This document shows, piece by piece, positions 11,239 to 21,387 of a stretch of DNA of 64,000 nucleotides. The stretch comes from Alphaproteobacteria bacterium. Lineage in GTDB: Bacteria; Pseudomonadota; Alphaproteobacteria; UBA11136. The stretch covers positions 6,998-70,997 of the forward strand of contig JASLYJ010000001.1 of assembly GCA_030739855.1 (NCBI GenBank). The letters are read 5' to 3'. The notes beneath the pieces are model-generated. The model was not told where the DNA came from, did no database searches, and saw nothing but the letters and a program-made list of their open reading frames with translations. Both the position numbers and the translations under genes were made by a program. The stretch's first letter is position 1, and the number at the start of each line of letters is the position of its first letter.

Positions 11239-11823
11239 TCATGAACCTCTGTCCTGGTGCAATAGCGCGGCAGAAGCCGCTCCGTCTCCATAGGGGTTGC
11301 CACATCCCAGCTCGGCGAGAATGGAGACCTCTAAGCTTTCCATGCGTTCCGCCTGGGCCGGATTCTTATGGTCAAACCCCAGAAGATGCAGGACACCATG
11401 CGCCACCATATGGGCCAGATATTCCTCTGGAGTTTTTCCCTGGTCCTGAGCTTCCCGCATCACGGTCTCAAAAGCGACAGCTACATCACCCAAGGCCATC
11501 GGGCCGGTGGGGGGGGCAGACTCGCAGTCGCCGGAAGCGAAGGCAAGAACGTTGGTGGATTTGTCTTGATTGCGGTAGTTACGGTTGAGACTGCGGATAA
11601 AAGCATCATCGGTCAACATGAGGGACACTTCCACGTTCCGTCCTTCAAGATCGTACCCAGAGGCGGTCAGCGCGGTCAGCGCCACACGACGGGAGAGGTC
11701 GTCCGCATGAGGAATTTCCCGCCCCCACGCGTCGCAGGAAACGGCAACGTCAATCTCGACTGTTCCAGTTTTTTCCACCACCGTCAGGGGGCGTCCTGAA
11801 CTGGGTGCAGGAAACGCATTCAT
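11239..11823 (-). CDS. ybeY: rRNA maturation endoribonuclease YbeY
   Basis: 194-aa ORF with the H-x-x-x-H-x-x-x-x-x-H zinc motif (HGVLHLLGFDH). Its ATG overlaps the phoH stop in an ATGA arrangement at 11820-11823. Confidence 0.9.
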   Translation of the reverse strand: MNAFPAPSSGRPLTVVEKTGTVEIDVAVSCDAWGREIPHADDLSRRVALTALTASGYDLEGRNVEVSLMLTDDAFIRSLNRNYRNQDKSTNVLAFASGDCESAPPTGPMALGDVAVAFETVMREAQDQGKTPEEYLAHMVAHGVLHLLGFDHKNPAQAERMESLEVSILAELGCGNPYGDGAASAALLHQDRGS

Positions 11824-13025
11824 GGTCGTTTACCCCTCTCCCTTTTCTTGCTTCGCGATGTGGAAGGTCGGTCCGGGGATGGCGAACTCATGTATTGGCG
11901 GCCAGCTTCGGTCTTTTCCTCGAAATCGCCATAGGCACGGACAATCCGTGTCACCAGACGATGACGCACTACATCACTGTCATCAAAATGGATGATGGAC
12001 ACGCCTTCCACTCCATCGAGAATTTCCGTGGCGTCACGCAGGCCGGAACGGGTGCCGTGGGGAAGATCCACTTGGCTCAGATCTCCCGTCACCACCATGT
12101 TGGCGTTTTCGCCGAGCCTGGTGAGGAACATCTTCATTTGCACGGAGGTAGTGTTCTGCGCTTCGTCGAGAATGACGAATGCGTTGGAAAGGGTGCGGCC
12201 ACGCATGAAGGCCAAAGGTGCCACCTCAATGTCACCGTCAGCCATGCGTTTTACTACCTGATTGTCCGGCATCATGTCGTGAAGAGCGTCATAGAGGGGC
12301 CGCAGATATGGGTCTACTTTCTCACGTAAATCGCCCGGTAGAAAACCCAGTTGTTCACCGGCTTCTACTGCAGGACGAGATAGTATCACGCGGTCGATCT
12401 CACCCTTCATGAGCCTAGAGACGGCGGCAGCTACCGCAAGATAGGTCTTCCCCGTTCCGGCGGGACCAAGAGCAAAGACCAGCCCATCACCACACATGGC
12501 TCGCAGATAAGCAACCTGGTTCTTCGAGCGCGGGGAAATGTGGCGTTTGCGCGTACGGATAACAAGGTCCTCATCAACCGCACCTCCGGTGGCCTCTTCA
12601 GACGGACCAAGACGCAGGACCGCATCCACCTCCTGACTGTCCACGGGCAAACCACGGGAAAGCCTATCATAGAGGATTTGCAGACCCGAATGAGCCGCCG
12701 ATACGGCCTGCGTTGGGCCAGTGATGGAAAGAAAATTCCCGCGCAGCACGATGGAAATGTCGAGCGCCTTTTCCATATGTACGAGATACCTGTCGTGCTC
12801 ACCGCAGAGTAAGGACACGAGGGAATTATCGTCAAATTTTAGATGGACCGCTTTATTGTTCTCGGAATCCCTACCGCTAGAACCATGATCTTTATCACCC
12901 GAAGCGATCTTGTTCTCTTTCCGTGATAGCGACGTTGTGGTTTTCGTGTCTGCCGTCGTGTCGATTCTTCCTGATGAGTCTTCTGGTCTCAAGCGCATAC
13001 CCTCTGCTGTAGCCCTTCCCCCCAT
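11820..13025 (-). CDS. ybeZ: PhoH-like ATPase (YbeZ)
   Basis: Walker A ([16 protein letters not shown]) and PhoH C-terminal domain with an N-terminal KH-like region. Start is uncertain: ORF start 13025 or internal ATG at 12998. The N-terminal ~55 aa are low-complexity. Confidence 0.82.
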   Translation of the reverse strand: MGGRATAEGMRLRPEDSSGRIDTTADTKTTTSLSRKENKIASGDKDHGSSGRDSENNKAVHLKFDDNSLVSLLCGEHDRYLVHMEKALDISIVLRGNFLSITGPTQAVSAAHSGLQILYDRLSRGLPVDSQEVDAVLRLGPSEEATGGAVDEDLVIRTRKRHISPRSKNQVAYLRAMCGDGLVFALGPAGTGKTYLAVAAAVSRLMKGEIDRVILSRPAVEAGEQLGFLPGDLREKVDPYLRPLYDALHDMMPDNQVVKRMADGDIEVAPLAFMRGRTLSNAFVILDEAQNTTSVQMKMFLTRLGENANMVVTGDLSQVDLPHGTRSGLRDATEILDGVEGVSIIHFDDSDVVRHRLVTRIVRAYGDFEEKTEAGRQYMSSPSPDRPSTSRSKKRERGKRP

Positions 13026-14404
13026 ACGTGATCATCGTTACCGGAAAGCCTTCCGCCAAGGCTGTTGACGCCCGTATGGTCAATGCGAACGGATGCTATT
13101 TCCCCCAAAAACGCATCCTTGGCAGTTACATGAACGGCCTGCATATAGGGGCTGCGCCCGGCAAGCTGACCGGACTTACGGCCGGGCCGATCCAGTAATA
13201 CCGGAAGAGCGAGGCCAAGGAACCGGCTGTTAAAGGCTTGTTGTTGGTCATCAAGGAGCATCTGAAGTTCTTTCAAGCGTTCCTCCGCCGTTGCATTATC
13301 CACCTGGTCTGCCAGCATAGCAGCGGGAGTCCCCGGCCTGGCGCTGAATTTGAAAGAATAGGCCTGGGCAAAATCGATATGACGCACCAGACGCAAGGTA
13401 GCTTTGAAGTCGGCACGGGATTCACCGGGAAACCCCACGATAAAATCGGAGGCTAGAGCCATGTCCGGCCGCACCTCACGCAAACGGTGTGTCGTACGCC
13501 GATAGTCGTCAGCGGTATAACGCCGGTTCATAGCCGTCAAGATACGGTCGGAGCCAGACTGTACCGGCAGATGTAGGAACGGCATCAGGCTCCTCACTTC
13601 ACCATGGGCGGAAAGCAGTGAGTCATCTATATCGCAGGGATGGGAGGTGGTGTAGCGCAGCCGCGCCAGACCCTCTATCTCCGCCAAGGAGCGGATCAAA
13701 TCCCCCAACCTCCACTCGTTCCCACCTGCTGACATCCCGTGATAGGCGTTCACATTCTGCCCCAACAGCGTGATCTCACGGGCACCGCCGGCCACCAAGG
13801 CTTTCGCCTCGTCCATCACATCACGTATAGGACGGGAATATTCACTACCACGGGTATAGGGAACCACACAGAAAGTGCAGAATTTGTCGCAGCCCTCCTG
13901 GATCGACAGAAAAGCTGAAACTCCCTGGGAGGACACTTTAGGGAGGGAATCAAACTTGGGTTCAGCCGGGAATTTCGTGTCGAGGACACCCGCCCCCGTT
14001 CCACCGCCCTCCAGATCTGGAGCACGGGCGGCCCGTGCCACCATTTCCGGCAACCGATGATAAGTCTGAGGGCCGAGCACAATGTCCACATGAGGCGCCC
14101 GGTGCAGCATCTCCTCTCCTTCGGCTTGGGCCACACAACCAGCAACGGCAATGATCATACCGGCGCCAGCTGCGATCCGTTTGTCACGAATGTCACGCAA
14201 ACGTCCCAGCTCAGAATAGACTTTCTCGGTCGCCTTTTCACGGATATGGCAGGTGTTGAAGATGACTATGTCAGCGTCATCGGGCGAATCAACCTGGCAA
14301 AAGCCAAGCGGCGTCAGAACATCCGCCATGCGGGCGGAATCATAGACGTTCATTTGGCAACCGTAGGTTTTGATAAAGAGTTTTTTGGTCAAACTTCCAA
14401 GCAT
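12989..14404 (-). CDS. miaB: tRNA-i6A37 methylthiotransferase MiaB
   Basis: MTTase N-terminal motif ([17 protein letters not shown]), radical-SAM CxxxCxxC ([11 protein letters not shown]) and TRAM domain. Start at 14404 ([12 protein letters not shown]) preferred over 14428. Confidence 0.9.
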   Translation of the reverse strand: MLGSLTKKLFIKTYGCQMNVYDSARMADVLTPLGFCQVDSPDDADIVIFNTCHIREKATEKVYSELGRLRDIRDKRIAAGAGMIIAVAGCVAQAEGEEMLHRAPHVDIVLGPQTYHRLPEMVARAARAPDLEGGGTGAGVLDTKFPAEPKFDSLPKVSSQGVSAFLSIQEGCDKFCTFCVVPYTRGSEYSRPIRDVMDEAKALVAGGAREITLLGQNVNAYHGMSAGGNEWRLGDLIRSLAEIEGLARLRYTTSHPCDIDDSLLSAHGEVRSLMPFLHLPVQSGSDRILTAMNRRYTADDYRRTTHRLREVRPDMALASDFIVGFPGESRADFKATLRLVRHIDFAQAYSFKFSARPGTPAAMLADQVDNATAEERLKELQMLLDDQQQAFNSRFLGLALPVLLDRPGRKSGQLAGRSPYMQAVHVTAKDAFLGEIASVRIDHTGVNSLGGRLSGNDDHVWGEGLQQRVCA

Positions 14405-14454
14405 CCACTGCCGTCGGTCTACCCCCATCGAACGGCATACTGTGCGGAACTTCC

Positions 14455-15369
14455 CTAACGAAATCCCTTCCGGAGTCCCGTGTGGTTTCCGCCCGTTTTC
14501 CCTCCCACAGAACTGAAACCTCGGGAAAAACTAGCACTCAACGGGGGAGAGTCAAGGTTTGCGGGATTCGGTGAGCGTCCGGAAAGAGACTCAGACAACC
14601 CCCGGGAGATAATCCTGTGACAGCTGGAAGCCAATTCCTTGCGCCTGCTGTTACAGGTCACCGTGATTGGGTCATGGAATTCCACTTCCACACTGACTCG
14701 CCCCATTCCGAAAAGCCGCCACATATGCGGCATTAGACCCACATCGCCGTACCAAGCACAGTAGGGCCGCATAGTCCATCCCATGGGAATTCCGTCAAGG
14801 CGAGTATAGGCAATGGTCACGGGCTGCAGGACCACCGGATCATCATCGAGATCCGGGACGGCGGAGGAGAAGAGACTGCTTTTAAATGCCAGGGTTCTAT
14901 TGCCGTCACTGGAGGTGCCCTCAGGAAAAAGGATAAGATTTTCGCCAGCTGCCAGGCGGGCGCGCAGAATATCACGCTGTGTTCCGGCACTTAGATAGGC
15001 GTGGCGATTCACGAAAACCGTTCGTTGCAATCGCGCCAAAAACCCGAAAAACGGCCATTGGCTGATTTCCATCTTGGCTACAAAAACACAGGGCACAAGC
15101 GCGCCCATAATGGCGATGTCGATATACCCGCAGTGATTTACTACGAACAGGACTGACCCTCCATGCACTGGCTCGCCCTTCCTAGAAACAGATATCCCAA
15201 ACAGAAAAAGACATCCCCGATGATAGATCATCGGTACTACCCGCGCTAAAGGCAGATTAAGCATCACAGCCACCATCTGAACCGGCAACAAAATCAGGGT
15301 CCAGACCATATACAGAACCAGCCGCGTCCCCGCACGAACAGGGGAAGTGGAGACCACATACCCGCTCAT
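14455..15369 (-). CDS. lysophospholipid acyltransferase (PlsC/LPLAT family)
   Basis: N-terminal transmembrane segment; acyltransferase motifs NHCGYID (H-x4-D) and FPEGTSS. The C-terminal ~50 aa are low-complexity. Confidence 0.7.
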   Translation of the reverse strand: MSGYVVSTSPVRAGTRLVLYMVWTLILLPVQMVAVMLNLPLARVVPMIYHRGCLFLFGISVSRKGEPVHGGSVLFVVNHCGYIDIAIMGALVPCVFVAKMEISQWPFFGFLARLQRTVFVNRHAYLSAGTQRDILRARLAAGENLILFPEGTSSDGNRTLAFKSSLFSSAVPDLDDDPVVLQPVTIAYTRLDGIPMGWTMRPYCAWYGDVGLMPHMWRLFGMGRVSVEVEFHDPITVTCNSRRKELASSCHRIISRGLSESLSGRSPNPANLDSPPLSASFSRGFSSVGGKTGGNHTGLRKGFR

Positions 15370-15510
15370 AAGGCTATGTTTCTCCCCTCTTGTTCCGACT
15401 ACGCGTCAAACCACGGGTATATACGCAAAAAATCCTCATAGCCGTCGCCCGGATTCCATATTCCATCTCGTCTTCAACGGAAATAACACAGCAACAGAAA
15501 AGTGCGGTTT

Positions 15511-15966
15511 TTAACTTTTCTTCTTGTTTTTCCTAAGAGGAACGGCATAGAGCTCAAGACGGTGTTCAATGAGCTTATAGCCCAACTTCTCAGCCACCTG
15601 GCGCTGTAGCTCCTCAATCTCTTCGTTCCTGAATTCCAACACTGCCCCGCTTTGCAGATTGATCAAATGATCGTGGTGACGCTTGCTTATTTCTTCATAG
15701 CGAGCGCGACCGTTCCCGAATTCATGGCGTTCCAAGATATCGAATTCTTCAAACAGGCGTACAGTACGATAGACTGTGGCGATGCTGATCCGCGCATCAA
15801 CGGCGTTGGCACGCTGATGGAGCATTACCACATCGGGATGGTCGTCTGAAACCGACAGCACGCGGGCGATCACCCGGCGCTGTTCTGTCATTCTCAGCCC
15901 CTTTTCTTGGCAAATTCGCTCGATTCGCAAGGGCATGTTTTGTTGCTTTTTATCCGAAACCTTCAT
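15511..15966 (-). CDS. fur: Fur-family metal-responsive transcriptional regulator
   Basis: Fur family fold (RMTEQRRVIARVL...HHDHLIN...). ATG at 15966 (MKVSDKK) preferred over the extended ORF start at 16065. Cannot separate Fur, Mur, Zur or Irr from sequence alone. Confidence 0.78.
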   Translation of the reverse strand: MKVSDKKQQNMPLRIERICQEKGLRMTEQRRVIARVLSVSDDHPDVVMLHQRANAVDARISIATVYRTVRLFEEFDILERHEFGNGRARYEEISKRHHDHLINLQSGAVLEFRNEEIEELQRQVAEKLGYKLIEHRLELYAVPLRKNKKKS

Positions 15967-16097
15967 GACAAACTCCGAGTTCCATATCATAAAGGCGCAT
16001 GCTGGGATACCTCGGCAAAAAGAGAACAATGTACTGGCAAGGGAAAAGGCTCTTTGGGAATCCAAAATGGAGAGCCAAACGGGTAATTCCTTCAGTC

Positions 16098-16508
16098 TTA
16101 ACGGCGACGACGGGGCCTTGTGCCCAGACCGATAGCTTTAGCCAGTTTTCTACGCTGTTTAGCGTAGTTAGGAGCCACCATGGGATAATCGGAAGGCAGG
16201 CCCCAGCGTGTGCGGTACTCGTCTGGCGTCATGTTGAACGCCGTTTTGAGATGACGCTTGAGCATTTTTAGCTTTTTTCCATCCTCAAGACAGATAATGT
16301 AGTCGGGCGTAATCGACTTGCTAACAGAAACCGCGCCTTTTGGCGCAATGGCAGTTTGTCCATTCCTGTCAATACCCAACAGAGTTTCAAAGATCTGCTG
16401 CAGAAGCTTGGGCAGTTCGTCCGCCGACACTGTGTTATGAGAAACGTGCGCAACAACGATTTGAGTTGTTAGAGCCAGTATTTCTCTGGAATCCCTCCGT
16501 TCAGGCAT
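16098..16508 (-). CDS. mucR: MucR/Ros family zinc-finger transcriptional regulator
   Basis: 136-aa ORF with the Ros/MucR domain (ITPDYIICLEDGKKLKMLKRHLKTAFNMTPDEYRTRWGLPSDYPMVAPNYAKQRRKLAK). Flanked by an AT-rich region. Confidence 0.85.
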   Translation of the reverse strand: MPERRDSREILALTTQIVVAHVSHNTVSADELPKLLQQIFETLLGIDRNGQTAIAPKGAVSVSKSITPDYIICLEDGKKLKMLKRHLKTAFNMTPDEYRTRWGLPSDYPMVAPNYAKQRRKLAKAIGLGTRPRRRR

Positions 16509-16625
16509 AATTAAGGTACCTCACCAAGATAAATAACCCCTCAAATATATACGTTTTATGATTTACATCACAATGACAAAAGTATGTACCAATAAATTAA
16601 GTCAACAAAAACGAACAGACTAAAA

Positions 16626-16913
16626 ATGGTAAACAATTCTAGTAATACTAATAACCCAGAAAGAGCAGATTTTTTCCTAGATATTACTGGTGAAGTCTGT
16701 CCGCTAACCTTCGTCAAGACGAAGCTCTTACTTGAACGCATAGCTCCCGGAGCCATCGTCGAGGTGCGCCTTAAAGGAGCAGAGCCGTTGAAAAACGTCC
16801 CGCAATCAGTAGCGGAGGACGGCCACGAAATTCTCTCACTAGCGCCGGAATCAGATCAGGAAGAACCGAAAGGTGCGGAAACGATTTATCGAATGTGGAT
16901 ATGCCGCTCCTGA
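16626..16913 (+). CDS. TusA-like sulfurtransferase (SirA/YedF/YeeD family)
   Basis: 95-aa ORF with the CPxP active-site motif (LDITGEVCPLTFVK) and TusA two-layer fold pattern. The N-terminal 12 codons are strongly AT-rich. Confidence 0.7.
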   Translation: MVNNSSNTNNPERADFFLDITGEVCPLTFVKTKLLLERIAPGAIVEVRLKGAEPLKNVPQSVAEDGHEILSLAPESDQEEPKGAETIYRMWICRS

Positions 16914-16997
16914 ATCATTTTCGTCTTTTCACAATAAGAGCCAACGCCCAGGCCATGGAAAAAGTATCCGTCGCATCCAAGTTTTCCGTCACACCGT

Positions 16998-17756
16998 TCA
17001 TTCTCCCACCTGGTCTTGCGGTAGACGCGCGTAATGGGAATGGAGATATAGTGGCGCCGGAGCAGATTCAGGAGCTTCCACATCTCTGACGGCAGCGATA
17101 GTGGCCACGGCAATAGCATCAGGAAGGCTGGGACCTTCGGCATAAATTAGTGAACAAGTAGTGACAAGTGTCTTTTCTCGCTTCGCCAGAGCAGCGCGAA
17201 TCAGCGGCGCGCCGTTACCGGCAATAAGAACCCGACCTTCATTTGGAAACCATTGCGGGACTTTTTCGGGGATAGCTGCGCCGGGAGGCCCGAGGAGACG
17301 CCAGGGAAAAACGGCCCCCGGAATCTTACTGCGAGCAAAAATCTGGACGTAGAGATCGCTACGCCCCGCCGAGAGTGCCACTAGCAGGGTGTCAGGCGGC
17401 ATGTTGCTACCATCGCCATCTCCGGCCCATGCTTCAAAGGCGATGGCTTCAAAGCTTGTCACACCTACCAATGGCAGTCTACCGGCCAGCGCTAGCCCGC
17501 GCGCCGCCGCCAGACCAACACGCACACCGGTAAACGAGCCCGGCCCAACCGTAACGCCCAAACGGTCCAAGTCACTGAAGATCCAACCGGTCTCTTCCAT
17601 TACAGAGTCCACCAGGGGGATGAGCGCCTCTGACTGGCCGCGCTCCATGTATTTACCACGGTGCGCCACGATCGGACTGCCGGTTTTTTCCTCTCGGTCG
17701 TCCCAAAGGGCCACCGAACAGGCGGCAGCTGATGAATCTAACGCCAGAAGTTTCAC
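16998..17756 (-). CDS. tsaB: tRNA threonylcarbamoyladenosine biosynthesis protein TsaB
   Basis: N-terminal MKLLALDSSAAACSVAL is typical of TsaB (inactive Kae1/YeaZ homolog). GTG start at 17756. Confidence 0.85.
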   Translation of the reverse strand: MKLLALDSSAAACSVALWDDREEKTGSPIVAHRGKYMERGQSEALIPLVDSVMEETGWIFSDLDRLGVTVGPGSFTGVRVGLAAARGLALAGRLPLVGVTSFEAIAFEAWAGDGDGSNMPPDTLLVALSAGRSDLYVQIFARSKIPGAVFPWRLLGPPGAAIPEKVPQWFPNEGRVLIAGNGAPLIRAALAKREKTLVTTCSLIYAEGPSLPDAIAVATIAAVRDVEAPESAPAPLYLHSHYARLPQDQVGE

Positions 17757-17854
17757 GACGGTGCCTCCGGCGCCACCGCCATATGAGGGGACGACGGTCT
17801 CCGCCCTGCGCTACAACTTTGGTCCCACCTATTCATGCCATCACCGTCCAAGTT

Positions 17855-17947
17855 AACCGCAGTCTTCTGCTGGGACTGATGACGGCGGCGGGTTGGGATT
17901 TCTATTCCAAAGAATGGTGGCATTATCAACTCTTCGATTCACGGTGA
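17855..17947 (+). pseudogene. C-terminal remnant (~30 codons) of a VanX/DdpX-like D-Ala-D-Ala dipeptidase (peptidase M15D)
   Basis: Frame encodes NRSLLLGLMTAAGWDFYSKEWWHYQLFDSR*, matching the conserved C-terminus of M15 dipeptidases (NRxLL...GFxxYxxEWWHF). No upstream body is possible because tsaB occupies 16998..17756 on the other strand. Confidence 0.35.
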
Positions 17948-18019
17948 TTGTCGTTAATCAACGATAGCGCATTGGAGTAAAGTCTTATGTAGGGCCATAT
18001 CCAACCATGGTCTATGTAT

Positions 18020-18610
18020 CTATATAATAGCGCAGGCCTCCTCAAAATTGAGCCTTTCCGCGCGCGGCTTGAGTTTGGTTGAATCGCCAAGGCCCAGGTT
18101 GCACAACATGATTGATTTCACCCGGTCGTCAGAAAAAAAGGTGGCATCAATTTTTGCAGCGTCGTAGCCACCCATAGGGCCGCAATCAAGACCGAGGGCC
18201 CGCGCCGCCATGAAGAAATAACCCGCCTGAAGGATGGCTTGAGTGCGGGCAAAATCCTTCGCTTTGTCGGGATTGTCGGCCATATGTATGCCTATAGAGG
18301 AATGAGGAGAGAGCTTGTTCATAAGTTCGTAAAACCTAGTGTCACAACCGAGAATGGCTGTAACCGGCGCGCCCTTCGTCTTTTTCTGATTCCCCTGCGA
18401 AACGCATGAAACCAACTTCTCCTTGGCCTCCCCAGAAACCACGAAAACCATCCGTAGCGGGCAGCTATTGGAACTCGTGGGGCCCATCTTAGCGAGATCA
18501 TAGACGGCGCGAAGAAGCTCACCCTCCACCGGTTCGTCCAGCCAGCTCCTGTGGCTGCGGGCTTCACAAAACAGAAGATTCTGACCTTCATTGTTCAAAA
18601 CCTTACGCAC
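18020..18610 (-). CDS. nitroreductase-family protein (RutE/YdjA-like NAD(P)H oxidoreductase)
   Basis: 196-aa ORF with nitroreductase fold features (LLFCEARSHRSW, SSNSCPLRMVFV). GTG start. Confidence 0.7.
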   Translation of the reverse strand: MRKVLNNEGQNLLFCEARSHRSWLDEPVEGELLRAVYDLAKMGPTSSNSCPLRMVFVVSGEAKEKLVSCVSQGNQKKTKGAPVTAILGCDTRFYELMNKLSPHSSIGIHMADNPDKAKDFARTQAILQAGYFFMAARALGLDCGPMGGYDAAKIDATFFSDDRVKSIMLCNLGLGDSTKLKPRAERLNFEEACAII

Positions 18611-18831
18611 TTTTTATTCTCCTTTCTTGGAATATCTAGCCTTTGCTTCCTACAAAGTGCTCTCCCGGAAAAGAGCTTTCAAGAGAGGCCCATGTAAGAG
18701 CGGTGAAAAACAGGATTAAAAAATGGTTAACTACGCTTGCGGAGATAGTGCGGCACTTTTAATGTGCCACTAATTACCCGAAAATGGAGTGGTAATCTTC
18801 CCAAGGCAGAATGCATTGCAATGTACTGTCT

Positions 18832-19941
18832 ATGAAATCCGGCGTGTCTATTTGTTTCATGAATTTTTTCTGCTTCTTTACAAGATGCATCCCATTCGCC
18901 CTGGGATTTCTGCTTGCGACCACGGTGCCTGTCCAGGCGCAAACCCCCGGCCCCACCACCGAGACAACAGCCGGTTCCACCACATCGGCGGTAGTGTTCA
19001 TATATCATCGTTTTGGCGAAGACAGCCTGCCCTTAACCAACATTCGTGTCAGCCAGTTTGAGGCCCATCTCACCGAACTTTCCAGCGGCGGTTATCACGT
19101 TCTGCCGGTTCCCGAGATTCTAAGCGCCTTACAAGAGGGGCGTGCCCTGCCGGAGCGAACGGTGGGAATCACCATCGATGACGGATTCTACTCGGTCTAC
19201 ACGGAGGCCTTTCCCAGGCTGCGGGAGGCAGGATTTCCCTTCACTGTCTTCATCGCCACCGACAGCGTTGACAGCGGTAGCGAGAACTTTATGAACTGGG
19301 ACCAAGTGCGGGAACTCGCCACCCACGGCGTCACCATCGGCGCCCATACCGCTTCGCACCTATATATGGTGAATGTATCTACGTCCGAGAATCGTGAGGA
19401 AATCGCCCGCTCCAATGTGCGATTTCGTGAGGAGCTTGGATTTATCCCTGAGTTGTTTGCCTATCCTTTTGGGGAATCAGGGCAGCGTGTGAGCGCGCTG
19501 GTGAAAGATGCCGGATACGAAGCCGCTTTTGGCCAACATTCTGGGGCCATTTATTCTGGTTCGGATTTCTTCAATCTGCCGCGTTTTGCCATGAACGAAA
19601 AATACGGTGGAATTGGACGCTTCCGCCTAGTAGCCAACGCTCTGTCACTTCCAGTATCCGACCAGTTACCCACAGATATGGTGCTGGCCACTGGAAATCC
19701 GCTGGTGGGGTTTACCGTAGACGAAAAGATTCAGCGTCTCGACCGCTTGGCTTGTTTTTCTTCTGCCGGGTCGAAGACTACTGTTGAGAATCTAGGGGGG
19801 CGGCGCATCGAGGTGCGCTTTGCGGAGCAACTACCGCTGGGCCGGTCTAGGCTCAACTGTACCCTGCCTGGTCCTGATGGACGCTGGCGATGGCTGGGGA
19901 TTATGTTATTGCGGCGGCCTCCTCCCGAGATCGACGAATAA
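18832..19941 (+). CDS. secreted polysaccharide deacetylase (NodB-homology, carbohydrate esterase family 4)
   Basis: Signal peptide (MKSGVSICFMNFFCFFTRCIPFALGFLLATTVPVQA), then the NodB motif GITIDDGF and histidine motifs. ORF begins at 18811; start at 18832 fits the signal peptide better. Confidence 0.75.
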   Translation: MKSGVSICFMNFFCFFTRCIPFALGFLLATTVPVQAQTPGPTTETTAGSTTSAVVFIYHRFGEDSLPLTNIRVSQFEAHLTELSSGGYHVLPVPEILSALQEGRALPERTVGITIDDGFYSVYTEAFPRLREAGFPFTVFIATDSVDSGSENFMNWDQVRELATHGVTIGAHTASHLYMVNVSTSENREEIARSNVRFREELGFIPELFAYPFGESGQRVSALVKDAGYEAAFGQHSGAIYSGSDFFNLPRFAMNEKYGGIGRFRLVANALSLPVSDQLPTDMVLATGNPLVGFTVDEKIQRLDRLACFSSAGSKTTVENLGGRRIEVRFAEQLPLGRSRLNCTLPGPDGRWRWLGIMLLRRPPPEIDE

Positions 19942-19994
19942 CATTCCTAGGAGACAGTGGTGCTTTCAACGCCGTAAAAAACGAAGAGTCTAGC

Positions 19995-21056
19995 TCAGCC
20001 TCCAAAAAGACCTAGCCAGGCTACTTGGCGGCCACGGAGACGGGCGTGGTCGAGCGGAGCCAAGTCGTTAGCGGATATGATAAGGCACAGGGCCCTCACA
20101 TAATCTTGGCCACGTTCCGAATATCGTGTCATGGTCTTGGCTAGAGCAAGCCCCTCGGGCCCAGTGCCGCGGCGACGCATGTCCGCGCGGGCCTCGCGAA
20201 ATTCTTTATAGGCACGGTGGGTATTGAGATTATCAACGTAAGCATAAACGCCGTCGATCAAACGGTTATATCTTGCAATCGCATGCTTACTGTCGGAGCT
20301 ACGACCACGGGGCACCAGTCCCCGGGCCTCGTTAAAAGTCCACTGTCCGAACGGTGAATTACCCTCTTGGGCAAAGCGTGACGTGCCCCAGCCACTCTCC
20401 TCCACCGCTTGGGACAGAGCAAGCGAAGGCGGCACCACGTCCACTTGTTCCAGAAGCTTCACCAAGGTTGTCTTATCGAACCAATCTTTGTCGAAACCGT
20501 AACGCTTTGCCAAGCTCTGCAGGCGGGAACGGTCCTGCCACGACACGTCGTCGATGCTTGCCTGTGAGTTGATCTCCAGAAGCCACTCTCGATCAGTCAT
20601 AATGGTCTCGTTCACCTGCAGAACCAGGGGCAACATGGCTTTCAAGAATCGAGCCTTGCGGGCCGACACTGGTGACAAAGTTTTCAGATCTCGAGGCAGA
20701 TGCTCTAGAAAAATTCTAGGCACTGGCCGATGCCCGTAGCGCACCTCAATCAGGTTGTAATCAAGTGGGCTGGAAAAATTACTCAGATCAGCCATAACCG
20801 TCACAGTCTCGCTGGTGGGTTCGAAAACAGCTTCTTCCAACAGGGAGGCAACAACCGCGGACCGATCCGTGGATGCGTCTGCCTGCTGGCCGACGACCAA
20901 TACCTCCAACAACAGCGAATATATATTCCGTTTGACCGGGCTTAGGACTGCGGCAGAATACATGCCGGCTACGCACAGACCGATAAATCCGAGCGCAAAC
21001 TGCTTATAGCCGAGATACTTTCGAAGCAAGAGGACCTTGGAATCAGATGACGACAT
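19995..21056 (-). CDS. membrane-anchored glucosaminidase-domain protein (Bax/FlgJ-type peptidoglycan hydrolase)
   Basis: N-terminal transmembrane segment plus C-terminal mannosyl-glycoprotein endo-beta-N-acetylglucosaminidase domain (LALSQAVEESGWGTSRFAQEGNSPFGQW). Confidence 0.7.
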   Translation of the reverse strand: MSSSDSKVLLLRKYLGYKQFALGFIGLCVAGMYSAAVLSPVKRNIYSLLLEVLVVGQQADASTDRSAVVASLLEEAVFEPTSETVTVMADLSNFSSPLDYNLIEVRYGHRPVPRIFLEHLPRDLKTLSPVSARKARFLKAMLPLVLQVNETIMTDREWLLEINSQASIDDVSWQDRSRLQSLAKRYGFDKDWFDKTTLVKLLEQVDVVPPSLALSQAVEESGWGTSRFAQEGNSPFGQWTFNEARGLVPRGRSSDSKHAIARYNRLIDGVYAYVDNLNTHRAYKEFREARADMRRRGTGPEGLALAKTMTRYSERGQDYVRALCLIISANDLAPLDHARLRGRQVAWLGLFGG

Positions 21057-21387
21057 GGAAGAAAAGCCCAGGATTAAGCGGATAAATCTTTATGTTGCGA
21101 CGCGCAATAAAACCCCGACATATAGCCCGTAAAACATGAACAAACAGCTATAGTGCATTGCACCATAACTTTGTGGTTGTAAAACATCTAAGACCTATGA
21201 GCTGCATTTTATATGACTATATGTAAGCCACGACAAGCATCTTAAATGCGTTGTTTTGTCACGTCATTATAGTATGTACAGATACCATTCCATGGGTGTT
21301 ATCTCTGCGCACATACCACATCTAGTACGAAAAAAACAGCAAAATCCTACTGTAGAGGAGCTTAGGCAGCGGCCCTAACAGCGTGCT
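21057..21387. promoter_or_regulatory. 330-bp AT-rich intergenic/promoter region with the perfect palindrome TTGCGACGCGCAA (21095-21107) and a TATAAT box on the minus strand (~21265-21270)
   Basis: GC content is far below that of flanking genes and there is no ORF of 60 aa or more. It lies directly upstream of the minus-strand glucosaminidase gene. Confidence 0.4.

Noticed and set aside
14530-14556. CIRCE-like sequence CTAGCACTC-N9-GAGTCAAGG
   Set aside because: Only the left half matches well. It lies inside the 3' end of the acyltransferase coding region, not in a promoter, so it is probably coincidental.
17389-17856. 155-aa plus-strand ORF upstream of the dipeptidase remnant
   Set aside because: It is antisense to the conserved tsaB gene and Pro/Ser/Ala-rich with no family resemblance. 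Only the last ~30 codons in the neighbouring frame (17855..17947) carry the M15 signature.
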